Positions 1 to 11,955 are shown, numbered from the stretch's first letter. The stretch: DNA of 64,000 nt from Camelus ferus (GCF_009834535.1 NC_045698.1:13518001-13582000), one strand, 5' to 3'. Notes: generated from the letters alone by a model not told the origin. Made by a program: numbers and translations.

Positions 1-339
1 ACTCAGAATACTTTAACCTTTTTCTCTGGAATATATATTCCATTGTTGTGATGCATTTTAGTTTTATTTTGTTCTCATAAATATGTTGTTCTGGTTTAAA
101 ACAGTCAATGTTTACTTAGAATTAACGACATATTTGCCATCATCTTTGTTTATCATTCCTTCTGTGTTGTGGAACATTATGGGTGAAGAGTATTTTGAAA
201 TGTTTTTAAGTAGGTTTTATTTTTGAAAAACTCTATTTTTTCCCATTTTTATCTATACATGTAATATATGTAAAGTCAAAGGACTTAGAATAACTAGGAC
301 AAATATAAATCATAACATAAAAAATGGAAAACAATTCCT

Positions 340-625
340 ATCAGAGATAAGATATCAATAATTAATAAAGTGTAAGGAAAGAAATATGGACCAATACAGC
401 AAAATAAAGACAGAGTCTAGAAACAGAGTGACAAGGTGCAGTAATCTGTTCCTAACAAAAACACCATTGTAACTGAGTATGGAAGTGATATAGTTCTGGG
501 TTATGTGACTGTCCACGCAATTTGAGGTGCATTATATAACTAAATGTGAAAGGCAAAAACAATAAAATTCTTATTGGAGGGAAATACACTTACGGATTTG
601 AAGTAAACAAATGTCTCTTAAACCT
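340..625 (+). mobile_element. Old LINE-1 (L1ME-like) ORF2 3' fragment, left part
   Basis: A-rich sequence resembling the L1 ORF2 C-terminal region (taactaaatgtgaaaggcaaaaacaataaaattctt); appears to resume at ~2910. Confidence 0.6.
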
Positions 626-628
626 GAG

Positions 629-2909
629 AGTACTAGTTTCCAATTGATGTTGTAAAAATTGCCATAAATATAGAGGCTTAAAACAACACAAATACATTAT
701 CTCATAATTCTGAAAGCCAGAATTCCTAAAATCAAGATACAAGAAAAACTGTGTTCTTTCTGGATAATTTAGGGAAGGATTCATTTCCTTGTATTTTCTG
801 GATTCTGGTGGCCACCTGTGTTACTTGATTGATGGCCACTTACTCTATTTTCAAAGTCACCAGAATAGAATCCTTAAATCTTTCTGTCTCTGTCTTCTTG
901 ACTTCCTCTTATAAGGACACTTATGATTTTATTGGGTCTATTATATCATCTACAATAATCCCTGCATCTCAAGATCCTTAATCATATCTGCAATTTTTTT
1001 CCACCGACAGTAACATATGCACAGAGTCAAAAAATTAAAATGTAGACATTTTCAGAGATGTCTTCTGGTCCCTAATGATTTACATCCATCCACATATAAA
1101 ATGCATTCACCTCACCTCAATATCCCAAAAAGTCTCAACCCATTAGAGTATCAACTCCTTATCCAAGATTTCCTTTAATATTCATCAGTTCAGAAGCCTC
1201 AAATCTCATAATCTAAATCAGATGTGGATGAGACTCTGGTCAGACTGACCCTGGGACAAAATTGCACTCCATATGTTGAGCATAAAACTAAAAAATTAGT
1301 CACTTGCTCCCAAAATACAATGGCGGGACAGGTGTAGTATTCAAGTTGTATACAATACCCTTTCAAAAATGAAAACAATGAGAGATAAAAGGAGTCACTC
1401 ATCAATTTGAAATCAGCCTAGGCTAACAGTTTCAAGGTTTGGTAATAATCTTCTGTGGTTCAGAGGTCCATGCTCTGGCTCATGGTTTGCCTTGGAATCA
1501 TCCTTCCTTTTTCGTGAAGACGTCATGTGTTTACATCAGACAATTTGTATTCACCTGTTCCCTTCCTGTAGAACTTTGGGAATCTTAGAGATTTCTTTGG
1601 TTTTCCTTCTTTGTCTTTTAGTCCATGCTTGCAGTGTTTCTGTTGGTGTAACAGTTGTAATACCCTTCTGAGTTTCCTGTGTGTTTTAGGGAAATTCATT
1701 GCATTAGATAAAAGGTTCCTTCATAGATCTTTCCTGGATAATCTTACCTGCAATTCCTGGTTTCTATGCTGATGTGGCTGAGGGCATTATGAATCACATG
1801 TTGAATTTGTTCATAGAGACTGTTGGTAATTAAATTTGGTCCTTCAAAGACATTAGCCAAAGTTGCCCAGCCACATCCTCAGCTTTCAGACAGTGCATCT
1901 CCTAATTTTACCATCCTTTTCATTATCATCAAGTCATGGCGGCTTTTTTGCTTAACAGTTCTCCTCTCCTTTCCTATGGATGCAGAATTTAAGTATAAGC
2001 AATGAGAAGAAACTAGGTCACACCCTTTCCAATGTGCTTGAAAATCTCTTCAGCTAGCTATCTAAGTCCATCACTTACAAGTTCTGCCTTTTATATAACT
2101 ACCAGATGGAATTCAGCTAAATAAGATTTCTCCCACTGTGTGATAGACTCCCTCTCATCCAGGTTCCAAAAACATGTTGCTCATTTCCCTCTGAGTCCTC
2201 ACCAGCAGTTCCTTCAATGTCCCCATTTCTACCAAAACCGTGTGTATGCTGATGTAAGTACTCTCTAAGACAATGTAGATTTTTCTCTATCATGCCCTCA
2301 TGCCCTCACTTCCTGAGTTCTTACTAGCAGAGTTCTTAATATTCATATTTTTGCTAACAGTCTGTTCAAGTCAACCTAGACTATTTCTATCATGCTCCTC
2401 AAAATTCCTCATGCTCTACTCATTATTCAGTCCTAAACCAAATGTTTAGATCTTTCTCGCAGCAGCCCCACACTTTCAGGGACCAAAATCTGTATTAGTT
2501 TTCTATTTCTGCTTAATAAATTACTACAAATGTCATGGCCAAAAAGCCCACAGATTTAGTATCTTAGAGTTCTGGAGGTCAGAAGTCCTATAGTCAATGT
2601 GTCAGTAGGGCTGAATTTCCTGTGAAAACACCAGGGGAGAATCAATAACTCAGCATGACTCCTTCATCCATCTTGAAAGCCAGCAACATAGTGTCATCAC
2701 GGCCCTCATTTCTGTTGTCACATCTCTTTCTCTGACTCTTAGATTATGTCTCCCTCTTATAAGGACCTTCATGATTACACTGGACCCAACCAGACAGCCC
2801 AAGATAACCTCTATATCTCAAGACCTTTAAATTAATCTTTAATCACATCTTCAGCATCTTTGCAAGTAAGTAATATATTTATAGGTTGAAGGGATTAAGA
2901 TGAAATCTT
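629..2909 (-). mobile_element. Near full-length MaLR element (MLT1D-like LTR - internal - LTR)
   Basis: Two homologous LTRs (~629-1055 and 2491-2909; tactagtttcc/tgtattagttttc...cttataaggac...ctcaaga...aatcacatct) flank ~1.4 kb of MaLR-type internal sequence. The typical leader agcagccccacact...ggaccaaaatc abuts the right LTR. Confidence 0.85.
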
Positions 2910-3570
2910 AATGAATGAAAAAGAAAGAAACCAGAACATGCATATTCAATGCATACACCTGATAAGGAATTTATATTCAGAATATATAAAGAACTCCCGC
3001 AGATTAATAAGAAAATGCTGTTTTAAAAATGGTCAAAGTCATGGACAGACCCTTCACAAAAGAATGCTTTCAAACAGAAATAAGCAAATAAAAACCGTTC
3101 ATCATTAAACAAGAGAGCAATGAAGGTTCCCTTTGAGTTATCGATGTATACCCCCCCAACATAGCTAAATTCAAAGATTTGATTTTCAATACAAAATCTA
3201 GGGTTTTCGTATTTTGTCATGTAGATTTTTTTCAATAATTTTCCTTTTTAAAAAATATTACTTTAAAATATTTATCTTGATCACTGAAGTTTTAGAGGCC
3301 AAAAGCATCATTTGCCTTGCCCTACTCCCAGTCCTGAATTAAAGTACAAAGACAGATAAAACCAATCAACAGTAATAAAGGTGAGACTATTGGTTGCCTT
3401 TTGGGAGTGTGGTATTGATAAGGAAGAAACACTATGGAGCCTTTGGGTGCTAGAAATGATCTATATCATTACTGTGGTGTCAGGTGTTGGGTGTATAACT
3501 ATGTAAAATTTATCAAACTATACAATCTGTAGACTATGCTGTATATAATTTATGCTTCAAATAATTAAAA
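2910..3570 (+). mobile_element. Old LINE-1 (L1ME-like) ORF2 end and 3' UTR, interrupted by MER96B
   Basis: ctgataaggaatttatattcagaatatataaagaactc and a 3' UTR-type segment (ggttgcctttttgggag...tgctagaaatgatctatatc...tgtaaaatttatcaaac). Confidence 0.7.
3166..3336 (+). mobile_element. MER96B-like hAT DNA transposon fragment
   Basis: ttttaaaaaatattactttaaaatatttatcttgatcactgaagtttt...gccttgccctactcccagtcctg resembles the recalled MER96B terminus. Confidence 0.6.
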
Positions 3571-4011
3571 TAAGCAATTGCTAAGCAATTCCCATCTAAG
3601 AACTGAATATTAAAAAAAAATTATCAACCATCTTTCACTTTCAACTGTCCTTTCCATATGTCTAAATAAGTAAACCAAAATTTTTATATCTCCTCTGGGG
3701 GAGTACACTTACATTTTAGCTTTCTTTTGCATTCAGGATGTAAAATTTTAATCATATTTCCACAGGAGGTGGTTTCTATTAGACTCCAGAACTTGTATGA
3801 ACTCTGCAATTTGTTTCATGCCCCCTGCTTCTCACAAGGCCAAGAAAACAAAACTCAAAATTTCTTATGCCGAAAACTGACTTTAGTGTTCTTGCTTTTC
3901 AGTGTTATTGATTTCCCTTAGTTCCTGGCATCTGAGAAATTCCTACTTTCTTTACACTTTATTATTTTTTTTTAAATATTTTTAAAATTTTTAAAAACAT
4001 ACATATCTATC

Positions 4012-4285
4012 TGTTACGGTCTAAATTGGACCCCACAAATTCATATGTTGAAGTCATAATCGCCCAGAACCTCAGACTGTGATTGTGTTTGGGGATAGAG
4101 TCTCTTAAGAGGTAAGTAGAGATGAATGATGTCATTTGGTCGGCCATGTCCAATACAACTAGTATGCCTTTAAGGAAAGGAAATGACACTGTTTTCACAG
4201 GCACAGAGGGGAAAGGCCTCTGGGGACACAGTGAGAAGAGAAGGAAAATCAGGAGAAATGAGCGCTGCCAACAAATTGATCTTGG
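4012..4285 (+). mobile_element. MLT1A/B-like MaLR LTR, 3'-truncated
   Basis: tgttacggtctaaattggaccccacaaattcatatgttgaagtc...cctcagactgtgattgtgtttggggatagagtc is a typical MLT1 5' end. Confidence 0.8.
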
Positions 4286-4836
4286 GATGCATTCTTAAAG
4301 GAACTTCTTAAGGTTTTGTTTGTTTGTTTGTTTGGTTGGTTGTTTTTAAATTTTATTTTTGTCTGCCATGCTATAACAGCTAATAGAGAGCATGTTTATG
4401 ACAGTTATAAACTAAAAAGATAAAGAATCTTTCTCTGATTCCATTTTCCTCAGGGTGATTCAAATGAAAGATCACCCCAAATAAATACATTTTAAAAACC
4501 ATAAACATGCTTCAAGAAAAAATAGTTCAAGAACAAGTGGTGATTGCTTGTTGATCAAATGGCAAGCAGAGACGGAGAGGCAAGAAAATAAAATCAAATT
4601 TAAGTGTCTCAGTGATACTTAAATAAGGTTAGTGTGAGACATTGAAAAGTGAACTTTTCAGTTTTTAGTCTATTGAACACCTGTGAACAAGTGCATTTAA
4701 CTTTAAGTTTTCTGCTGTTCCCAGAGATAATATTTTCTTTTTAAATGCCTTCAATTTTTAATTTATGAGATTGACTGTATGTATTTGGTTTCATAGAAAC
4801 ATGCAAACCAGCATCTGAGTACTAAGGGTCGACTAA

Positions 4837-4856
4837 TTTTTTTTTTTTTTTTTTTT
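4837..4856. repeat. T20 mononucleotide run
   Basis: Read directly. Confidence 0.95.
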
Positions 4857-5109
4857 GATTTGTTTGTAGAAGGCGATACTTCTTTGGACAAGGAAACTGA
4901 AGTTTCATCCTGTACTAAATGTAGTGGCAATCTAGGTAAACGTATTATTTTACCTAATGTCATAAGACTTTCATTTCATACAAAAGAAAAATATGTAAAA
5001 AAGTATGCCCAATATTTACATACACGTCTATGAAGTGTAAATTATCTTGACAATATCTAAGGCTAAGTGACTTTCTTTCAATTTGCAGAAAAAATATTAA
5101 GACAGATTG

Positions 5110-5143
5110 TAGATAGATAGATGATAGATAGATGATAGATAGA
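5110..5143. repeat. Interrupted (GATA)n microsatellite
   Basis: tagatagatagatgatagatagatgatagataga. Confidence 0.9.
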
Positions 5144-6187
5144 CAGAAACATTCATAATTCCTTTGTAAAAAGTATAGCCAAAAATGTTGTGACTGATGT
5201 AATAATTTTGCCTGAATCTTTTGCACACATAAACTCTAGATTACACATATTCGAAAGATCACTGTCAAATCACGTGTATTCTCTTGACTGATTATGCTGC
5301 TATTAAATAATAGCTAAACATTCCCTAATTTAATAACATTCTAACCCTCAAGAGCCCAATGTAATTTTGGTAGCTGCTACCATTTATAAGATGGTCACAG
5401 ATGTGCATATTTCCCTTGTTCCAAAATCACAATGCAATTTAATTCATCTCAGCTATCAATCAAATACCCTCTGATTAAATACAAATAAAGACTTTTTCAT
5501 GTGTGCCTACTTTTGAAATACAATATATAATAATAAGAAAGCTCTTTCCATCTTACAAACTTGCCCATATATATGTATGCAACAATGATTTTATAGCATT
5601 AAAAATATGTTGATTTATTTGCTTTATTTGTGGTTAGCCTAAAGCTACAAATTGATAGGACTAATTCAAAATTAAAATATAGATTCTTGCCACTATATGA
5701 AGGAGAAATGAAACCAACATGTTGTGTCATTATTGTAATATTTATGTAATAATACTAGCTGCTGTAAAAAAGACTGCTACATTTAAAAGGTTTGGTACAA
5801 CAACAGTTTAATTATTGCCCCCATTGCAGACCCATACGGTTTTTCGACAAAGAGGAAAGGGAGGAATTCTGCTCTATTCAGAGTTGGAAACTGACATCTG
5901 CCACATCTGACCTTGGAGGCAGTTTTACGCATGAACACTCAGCTGACCAGCAACGAAGTGAGGATGCCTGGGACACAGACTTCGCACCAGCCACAGTTTA
6001 GAAGTGAAACACACCACTTCAGCATATGTTCATTGCAGCAAACTAGTCATTTAACCCCAACGAGAGGGAGGGATGTGAGGAAGAGGAAGCGGGGAACTGG
6101 GAAAAGGGCTTCCTGATTGGTTAGTCATTACAAGCGATAAATACGTTCTGTGGAAAAGAGATTACAATTTTTGGTGGACAGTGTCTG

Positions 6188-6367
6188 CTATAATCTGCCC
6201 TCTATTCTACAGATATCCTCATGTGCCTTTCCTTTTGTGTCTCGAGCAATCTCAAGCTCTCTCAAAGGAAACAACCCCAAATCCCATTCAATCAATACAT
6301 CGTGCACACGTTCCAGGATCTTCCGACACTTCTCTGTGGGTTTCTCCATGATCTGGTAAACTCTGAC
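6188..6367 (-). CDS. Candidate terminal coding exon of an unidentified gene (59 aa + TAG): VRVYQIMEKPTEKCRKILERVHDVLIEWDLGLFPLRELEIARDTKGKAHEDICRIEGRL
   Basis: Minus-strand pyrimidine tract and acceptor (ccccccacccttacttccctttgggcgtgtattttag|GTCAGAG); 180 nt open in phase 0; protein-like composition; retained CpGs; non-repetitive sequence downstream. Protein not recognised. Confidence 0.4.
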   Translation of the reverse strand, partial: VRVYQIMEKPTEKCRKILERVHDVLIEWDLGLFPLRELEIARDTKGKAHEDICRIEGRL

Positions 6368-6904
6368 CTAAAATACACGCCCCAAAGGGAAGTAAGGGTG
6401 GGGGGAATAACAGCACTAAAAAGTTTCAATTTAAAAGAGAAGCATGGAAATGCAGAAACATTTTTGTACATAGACTGGATAAACTCCTTTGACAGATCAT
6501 CAAATCCTCCATCTTGAAGAAGAGAAAGTTTTTTAACTAGAACATGATCTGCTCTCTTGGGAGGGACTACCCTGTCCATAGTCCCTGGAACCCAGCTGGG
6601 GAGCAACTAACTTCCTTGTCAATTATTTCTAATGATCACTCTCCTAATTCCTACTTTCTCAAGTTTGAGGACCCATAAGTCATTTTGACATTCCCATGGA
6701 AAATGGTGGTTTTAAGATATGTATTTCACTGGCAATATGTCATTCCTCATACACTTTTTGATCGTCTTACTTTTTTGACTCCAGTCACTTCCACATGTCT
6801 GTAACCATACTCAAAGTTCTTTCCTTGGCATAATTACTAAGAATGATTTATTTGCCATCTCACAAAGCCTCACATTCTTAAATTAATGAGAGCTAATACG
6901 AAGC

Positions 6905-6909
<5 letters not shown>

Positions 6910-6937
<28 letters not shown>
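6910..6937. repeat. A28 run
   Basis: Read directly. Confidence 0.95.
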
Positions 6938-6940
<3 letters not shown>

Positions 6941-7264
6941 TGGGTGGAAAGATTATAGCCTTAGTCTGGACTTTGGACAGGGATGAATTTTTATATTTGA
7001 CTAAGAATTCTGAATAGACCTTCATTGTTCCATGGTTTGTGTGTGTTTGCTTGTTTGTTTGTTTTTATTTTTATGTTTTAAAGAAACTTAGAGTGTTTCA
7101 GATCTACAAGACTTGCTTTCTCAAAACTTTGAGGTTTCAAGCTTTGAGAAATTTTTACTTTGATTCAGTTCACTCTTGAATATGACAATTGCTCAGTTGG
7201 TATTTGTGTTTTTTCATGTGGATTACACATTAACAAGTTTAAAACTGTTTTACATGAATACAAG

Positions 7265-7841
7265 TTTTTTTTTATTGAGGTATAGTTAGTTTACAATATT
7301 GTGTCAATTTCTGGTGTACAGCCCAATTCGTCAGTCATACATGAATACACATATATTCATTTTCATATTCTTTTTCACCATAAGCTACTATAAAATGTTG
7401 ACTATATTTCCCTGTGCTATACAGTATAAACTTGTTTATCTATCTATTTTATATATACTAGTCAGTATCTACAGATCTTGAGCTCCCAGTTTATCCCTTC
7501 ACAACCCCCTCCCCCCGGCAACCACAAGTCTGTATTGTATGTCTGTGAGTCTGTTTCTGTTTTATATATAAGTTCATTTGTCTTCTTTTTTTTTTAGATT
7601 CCACATATGAATGATATCATATGGTATTTTTCTTTCTCTTTCTGGCTTACTTAGAATGACATTTTCCAAGGTCATGCATGTTGCTGCAAATGGCATTATT
7701 TAATCACTTTTTATGGCTGAGTAGTATTTCATTGTATAAATATACCACAACTTCTTTATCCAGTCATCTGTTGATGGACATTTAGGTTGCTTCCATGTGT
7801 TGGCTATTGTAAATAGTGCTGCTATGAACATTTGGGTGCAG
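7265..7841 (-). mobile_element. Young lineage-specific LINE-1 3' end (5'-truncated)
   Basis: Poly-T then ttattgaggtatagttagtttacaatattgtg...tatttccctgtgctatacag...tagattccacatatg...gatggacatttaggttgcttccatg. Confidence 0.9.
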
Positions 7842-7945
7842 TGTTAAGTTCTGAACAAATAAATGGATGATGGTTTGTAAGGGGGCAGCCTTCTCATTGT
7901 CAGAGAGGGGAATTTCAAATCATCAAAAGGGAAAGGCTAGATCAT

Positions 7946-8335
7946 CAAACTAACTGAAGTAAGCCAGAAAGAGAAAGAAAAATACCATATGATATATCAC
8001 TTACATGTGGAATCTTAAAAAGTAGGACAAATGAACTTATTTTACAAAGCAGAAACAGACTCGCAGATATAGAAAACAAACTTGTGGTTACCAGAGGGGA
8101 AAGAGGAGGATGGAGGGATAAATTGGGAGTTTGAGACTTGCAGTTACTATTATACAAAAAAGTAGATAAACAACAAGATCCCACTCTATAGCATGGGGGA
8201 CTATATTCAATACCTTGCAATGCCTATAACAAAAAAAAAAATAGAAAAACTTTTGTATGAACGTATGAATCACTCTGCTGTACACCAGAAATTAACACAA
8301 CATTGTAAACTGAATATACTTCAATTAAAAAAAAA
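7946..8335 (+). mobile_element. Young LINE-1 3' end with TSD, nested in an older L1MC/MD-like 3' UTR
   Basis: gaagtaagccagaaagagaaag...gggagtttgagacttgcag...A-tail; direct repeat AAAGGCTAGA at 7932-7941 and 8338-8347. Confidence 0.9.
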
Positions 8336-8457
8336 GTAAAGGCTAGAATTATCCTGTTTTACTGGACTAAAGTTGGAAACAGAATGAAGTCATGTTTAGC
8401 TTAATATTAGAACAATTATATAGACACAGAAACAATTATAGATATGTAGGTAGTAGG

Positions 8458-8715
8458 TGGTATTAGGGTCCTGTTGCTGATGTAGCAAATATTACAAAGT
8501 TACCATCTTAAAGCAATCCAAAATTATTACCTTAAAATCCAAAAAGTCAGAAGTTCTAAATAGATTTCACCAGGCTAAAAGCAAAGTTCATCAAAGTTTC
8601 TTTTCTTCTAGAGGCTTTTGGGAAGGATTCTCCTCACATTTTCCAGCCTCCAGGGGCCATCTGCATTCCTCGACACGTGATGCCTTTTCCATCTTCAAAG
8701 GCAGACATGGTATAT
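8458..8715 (-). mobile_element. MLT1 LTR fragment
   Basis: tattagggtcctgttgctgatgtagcaaat...gtcagaagttc...ccagcctccaggggccatctgcattcct. Confidence 0.7.
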
Positions 8716-8974
8716 TAAAATTACTTCAATCCCCCTACTAATCAAATTGATTTAATTAAAATGGTGAAGTCTACAAATTGGCAAAAATTTAAAGAATATT
8801 ATCCATTCATGGTTGGGGTAGAACATATAAGAATTATTTAATCTTTTGTCTATTGTCAGAAGTAATTGGTACAAATGTTCTTGAAGAAAACTTAGGAGAA
8901 GTACTAAAAGCTCTTAAAAAGCATACAATGTTTAATTATGATATTCAACATGGGAACTGACATTAAGAAAACGT

Positions 8975-9150
8975 TTATTGTGTATGTATGTACCACATTT
9001 TCTTTATCCATTTATTGGTCTCTGAACACTTCCTGTATTTTGGCCACTGTGAATAATGCCACAGTGAACAGGAGTATGCAAACATCTCTTCAAGATAGTG
9101 CTTTTATTTCCTTTGGATATATACCCAGAAGTGGGACTGCTGGATCACAC
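8975..9150 (-). mobile_element. LINE-1 ORF2 3' fragment
   Basis: taccacattttctttatccatt...ggatatatacccagaagtgggactgctggatca. Confidence 0.8.
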
Positions 9151-9584
9151 TGTACATCTTAACTAGGTATAATTTTTTGTCAAATATACCTTAACAAATC
9201 TGGGGAATTTTTTTTAACAAGAAAATAAAGCTATTATGAAATTTAAGAAAATCTGTATGTATGAACTATATTGGTAAGGCAAAGTTGTATATTATACAGT
9301 GTTATGAAAATGGTTATACTCTATGCAGCCACTAGGAAAGTGGTTGACATGAATGAATGGTTTGATTCATCAGTTTTCTCTCATGTATTATTTATTTATT
9401 TTTTTGCAGCCTAATTTTTTTCTAGGTGTTTGTTCTGTTTTACTGTGAGTTTTAGTATTCTCCGCAAGGTCCATTGTGGGCATGTTGATAAAAACATGTA
9501 TAAATCTTTGGTTAAAAATATCTAAACATATGTCTTAGTTTCTTTTGGCTATGATGCACCTCCCAGTCTCTTCTCATTACCTAA

Positions 9585-10104
9585 AGCCTAGTTCTAAACC
9601 TGACTCTTAAGTACTTGTGATAGCAGCACCCTACTTCCTGCTTCCTGCTACCAAAATCTGTACGTTTCCTATGACTACTGTAACGCATTCCCACCAATCT
9701 GTTAACTTAAAAAACAATGGAATTTCATTCTCTCACATTTCTTAAGACCAGATCCCAAACCACAATTTTTCAAGGCTGCACTCTTTCCAAAGGCTCCAGG
9801 GGAGAATCCATTTCTTACCTCTCCTGGGTACTGGGAGTTGCTGGCATTCCTGGATTTGAGGTCACATCATCCCAATCTCTGCCTCTGTCTTCACAAAGCT
9901 TTCTCCTCTATGTGTGTCAGGATCATAGAGTTTGCGTTTGGGACCTATCCTGATAATCCTGGGGAAATTCTTCTTTTAAGAACTTCAACTTAGTCACATC
10001 TAAATAAAGATAATATTTATTCTTGTGCTATATCAGATAATATCCACCATTCAGAGGATTAGAATCCTGACATATCTTTGGCTGCCATGATTCAGCCCAC
10101 CACT
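9585..10104 (-). mobile_element. MLT1C-like LTR (9659-10104) with adjacent internal leader stub
   Basis: Leader agcagcaccctacttcctg...taccaaaatc followed by the LTR (ggctccaggggagaatcc...ttcagcccaccac). Confidence 0.8.
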
Positions 10105-10639
10105 ATATATATTTACAGAACAGTAAGTGGAAACTAAAAATAGAATTTGCTTTCTGTAATGAAACCATAATCCTACATATTTTAATGCATTTTACTTCAT
10201 TCTATTGGAAGTGAAGTTTAAAAAGTGAATTTGCAGTTATGAAGTATATTGTTTTGCTGGATTTTGATTAATTGAAGTTCTGCCAACATTAATATTTTCT
10301 CATCAGTGTGGGGAGCAAAAATTGAATTTTTGACTTTATTATGAAATGCAATCATTTCCCTCTGCACTCTTTAAAGAACTGAAAACATTCCCTGTCACCT
10401 TCTGTGGCTCCTTCCCGCCAAGGTAATTCCCTACTACTTGCCAAGGTCCTGCTCTTGCCTGAATGAATGGCCTGCATATCTGATACTCTTCCTCATGTCA
10501 TGTCTTGTCACTTCCCAGAGGCACAATGCAAGCAATTGATTTTCCTTTAAGATATTTGCTCTAAAAGAAGCCAAAAACTTGTCACAAGTTGAAGACGAAG
10601 GGCAGAAGGGTGCCTTAAAATTGTGAGGTGAGCCAGGGG

Positions 10640-10835
10640 GCAATAGAGCAGAGTGAGAGAGCGCAGGCTTTGAGGTGAGACAGACCACCAGCTGTGGCCC
10701 CTGGGCAGTCAGAGAACTCTCGTGGGCTTTAATGGCCACAGCTGTGAAACTGGTGTGACCATCCCGCCAGTGCCCACGACTGTTATAAAGGCAGTCACAT
10801 GGCACATTCATGTGTAATTATTGGTTGTTATTTAT
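10640..10835 (+). mobile_element. Degenerate MIR SINE
   Basis: agagcgcaggctttgaggtgagacagacc...ctgtggcccctgggcag...ctgtgaaactgg resembles the MIR core. Confidence 0.5.
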
Positions 10836-10924
10836 CATCACTGAGGTGAGATATAGAAATAGCATAGCAGAGGGTCTGATGTGAGGTGGGTTTTTTTGGT
10901 ATTTTATTTTATTTTTCCAATTTT

Positions 10925-11233
10925 CTTGAGATTCACATTTATTTATAATTGACACAGAGCACTATATAAATTTAAGGTCTACAGCATGACTCGACTTTAC
11001 ATATATTGTGAAGTGATAACCACAATAAGTTTAGTTAACATCCATCAAGTCATATTAAAAAAAAGAAGAAAAGATTTTTTTTCCCTTGTCTTGAGAACTC
11101 AGGATCCACTCTGTTAACATCTTTCAAACATGCCACACAGCAGTGTTAACCATGGCATCGTGTTGTACATGACATTCTCAGTCCTTATGTATCTTATAAC
11201 TGGAAGTTTGTGCCTTTTGACCACCTTCCTCCA
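10925..11233 (-). mobile_element. L1MA8/9-like 3' end
   Basis: aatttaaggtctacagcatg...accacaataagtttagttaacatccatc...cttataactggaagtttgtgccttttgacc. Confidence 0.8.
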
Positions 11234-11299
11234 GGGGTGGCAGGTGGGGGACTTGGATGAGGGAGATTTTTAAATTTTAAGAAGTGTCTATTATCTTAT

Positions 11300-11715
11300 T
11301 AACTATGGGATAGGATATTCTTCCTTATGCCATGACAGGCTACAGTAACAACTCCCAAATCTCAGGGATGTAGACAAGTAAAGATAATCTCATTTTCATG
11401 TTACAAGCCCCTTGAAGAGAATCAAGGTGGCCTCTGCTCACCGAGGTCACGCTGAGATTTCAGGGACCCAGCTAGTTGGAGTTTCAAACTCAACGCCATG
11501 CACAGGACTTTTAAAGCAGGATGATGAGAATTTGGTGACTTATTCTTTGGCTTTACAGTCTCCACTTTAATACTCACATTGCTTCCAATCTTTTTTATTG
11601 CCTGCACAAGTCACCAGGAGAATGCCTAACTTTCAGGAGGATCAAAAAGGACAGTCTTGTCACACGGCAGGGAGAGAACAAGAGTGTTTGTATTCTGCTC
11701 TTATGATTAATCCCA
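11300..11715 (-). mobile_element. Ancient MLT1J/K-like LTR
   Basis: ctacagtaacaactcccaaatctcaggg...aagtcacc...cctaactttcagg. Confidence 0.55.
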
Positions 11716-11955
11716 AGCATACAAGTAAAGGACCCAGCAATTAGACTATGATTTCTCTTTAATCAAATCCCAAATGTGTGTAAAATAGAAAAATGTTGAA
11801 GTGGAAATAACACAGTGCTGTTTACTAGACTCTCATAATAGCAACCTTACGAAATTTGTGAAATGCACTGATATTTTTTCCAACCCCATTTTAATCAGCG
11901 GAGATCTGACCAGGAATAAGTATGGCCGTATGATGACAAGATACAAAATTACAAG

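Noticed and set aside
6213..6355. Plus-strand exon (ctacag|...CTG|gtaaac)
   Set aside because: Weak donor, 143 nt. One translation is S/F/I-rich, as expected for the antisense of the minus-strand frame. Not fully excluded.
6292..6606. 104-aa minus-strand ORF as a standalone gene
   Set aside because: Non-ATG start, runs through the putative polypyrimidine tract, and shows no recognisable domain.
7265..8335. Single twin-primed inverted L1
   Set aside because: Both arms carry the extreme 3' end and a tail, and the plus copy has its own TSD.
10434..10811. Longest ORF (125 aa, minus strand)
   Set aside because: Overlaps a degenerate MIR; no domain similarity recognised.
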